Below are positions 61,771 through 64,000 of a DNA stretch of 64,000 bases, piece after piece. The position numbers and the translations under genes were made by a program. Position 1 is the stretch's first letter, and each line of letters begins with the position of its first letter. Under the pieces are notes generated by a model. It ran no database searches, was not told the origin of the DNA, and worked only from the letters and a program-made list of their open reading frames with translations. This DNA is from Callorhinchus milii (Eukaryota), in the NCBI RefSeq assembly GCF_018977255.1, contig NW_024704749.1:19034001-19098000 (forward strand), written 5' to 3'.

Positions 61771-62420
61771 GTATGTAAGCTCTCATTGAGGGTGTAGTAA
61801 GCTGTTCCTAATCTGACCGAGTGTCATAAAATACATTCCAGTAGGTTTTACCTTTCTTCCCATCAGTCAGCTTTGCCCACAACGTATACAGTCTATTCAC
61901 TTTACAGTATATTCAATGAAGTGCTTTGAGATGGCTCCGTGACGTGATAATGTGCTATATCAAATATTATTATAATAAAGTAAAACTATTTCCTTTATCT
62001 GGGGAAAAGGAGGGGACCACGGACTCACAATTATTAGCACAGACACAGGACCAAAATGTTTATTTCGATTCCCTCTAGTTTCTTCCTCAATTTAATTTCT
62101 CATCTGCGGTGCACTGGCAGCCAAACTTCAGATTATTAACATAAGCCAACATACCTCCCCCACCATCACCAATCAGCATTTATATAGTACCTTTCACATC
62201 GGGAGGATGTCCCAAGGCACCAGACAGTTGAGGGTTTCCATCAAATGCAGCACCTGCACAGCCCATTAGCCTGCCTGGCACAGCCTGCAGTAACTTTGAT
62301 TTTTTTTTGAAAAAAAGGCTTTCTACATTCAAACTTTGCAAAATAGTTGCTCAGCTTTTGTCTGGTTTCAGGCTGTAATGTTTGCAGTTAATGCTGACTC
62401 CTCTTCATGCTTTGTCTCAG

Positions 62421-62808
62421 ACACCAGGAACAGCAGCCAGCCCAACAGTGTGGAAGACAGTGATTATACCACTATAGACCTGCTCTCACGGTTTACTTCC
62501 CAAGAATATTTATTTATGTCCAAGCATCAGCTGGTAGACGCATTTAAAAATGAACATTCCCCTGGTGTCAAGGGACCCGTTAAAGTGAGTGTTAATGTGA
62601 GTGAAAGCTCACTGGCCTCCTCTGCAGAGTCCAGCGCAACACACTTCCTGTTGGATTATGAAGACGGTGAAAGATTGGACCAGTTTAATATAAATGACAC
62701 ACTCTTGGAACTGACTGTTAACAGAGCATTGAACCTGTCAGCAGAGACCCCGTACTCCAATGAAACGCTTGTGCAAGTTATTCAAAGCAACCGGACACAG
62801 AAAGTACG
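62421..62808 (+). CDS. ADAMTSL2: ADAMTSL2 exon 11 (N-glycan-rich module); gene continues beyond the window
   Basis: Many N-x-S/T sites (NSS, NVS, NDT, NLS, NET, NRT); ctcag / gtacgt. Confidence 0.85.
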
Positions 62809-64000
62809 GTACGTATCTTTATTTATCGTTTGGAATTTCACATAGTGTTTTTTCTGGATAACAAACGAGCTTAAACTTCTTCAGACATGGAGCGTTATGT
62901 GTGGTTTCCATTCAAGGTCACAGAGAGGGTTTGATTTTTGTTTTTTGCCAGCTGGGTATCTTACATACGCAGAAACCCATCACCAATCTTAGGATTCTCC
63001 AAACTAGTTGAGAGTTGGGATGAAGTCCCTTTGTGCCATTTTGATCTCGTCTCAAAATTAAACTTGTTTCGTAAATTAGTCCAAAAACCTGGCCTCAACC
63101 ACCCATAATAACCCATTCCTGTTCATGACCCTCTGTGTTCCTGGTGTCTCTGGGACGCTACCCTGCGTGAGCGGCGCTATATAAATGCAAGTTGTTGTTG
63201 CCTGGCCTAAAGTTGCTTTCACACCCCCTAACCCATACCTTTTTGTCCTGCAACCTTGGTGTATTTAAAATGTTTGGTTTACTTTCTCAATCTGCTTGTA
63301 TACCTCTAAAAGGTCCCTCTGAGGTGCCTTTCTTTTTCTAGCTCACCCCTCTTAACATTGCGCATTGTTGTCATTGCTCTCCTTTGTACTGTCTGTACCC
63401 ACCCAGGAGAGAGGTAAGCCCAGCAATGGCTCCTGGGTGCGCAATGCTGGGGCTGTCTTGCTGAGTTGATGTTGTTTCTGGACAGTAATGTCAGATTATA
63501 GCTGCTTTGCACCTTCATAACGTCATTGAACGTGGATTGCCAGCCCTGGCCTAAGAGCGGGAGATGAGGTTAATAATACACGAGCAGTTTTTTCCCAAGC
63601 ATTAGAGTTTTTAGGGTAGTTTTGAGGATAGAGTTCAAAATCCTTGTCCTCGCCTTCAAAGCCCTCCATGGCCTTGCTCCTACCTACCTCTGTGACTTGT
63701 TAAGTCCCTATACACCTGTCCACTCCCCTCTATTCATCAGACACTGGCCTGCTCCATGTCCCCCACCTGGCCCGCCCACCATCGGCGGTCACGCCTTCAG
63801 CCTCTCTGCCTCCACCCTTTGGAACTCCATCTTACAGTACGACGTGCTACACAAATGTAGTTTGTTGTTGTTTTAAAAGACTGGCACGTTGTACAAGTCC
63901 TGTGTGCAGCATAGATCAGGTTGCTGTGTGCGTTGCAGAGCAGCAGCAATGTGCGGTTATCTCATGGTGCTTTAACAATACGGTTCATGTCAGAGCTTCT

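Overview
Vertebrate genomic DNA, most likely from a cartilaginous fish. This is an inference from the dense tRNA-headed DeuSINE-type elements, L2/CR1 fragments and Penelope-like remnants. Four genes can be reconstructed by hand from splice sites and reading phase. (1) A two-exon, divergent TOR1AIP (LAP1/LULL1)-like gene on + (632-2513). (2) A ~37-exon laminin chain gene on + (4687-35975, ~2140 aa) whose architecture matches no mammalian laminin: signal peptide, beta-type LN, LE repeats, beta-type LF domain, LE repeats with a trefoil (P-type) domain exon inserted inside one LE module, gamma-type L4 domain, more LE repeats, and a beta-type coiled coil ending in Cys. (3) A complete 5-exon myomaker (MYMK) on - (37689-41398, 220 aa). 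(4) The 5' part of ADAMTSL2 on + (CpG-island promoter near 46.7 kb, coding exons 49743-62808, running off the window). One 1-nt frameshift lies in the laminin coiled coil and one in ADAMTSL2 exon 3; both look like homopolymer assembly errors but need checking. The beta/gamma hybrid, trefoil-containing laminin is the main candidate for an undescribed system. All homology calls are from motif recognition, not database searches.
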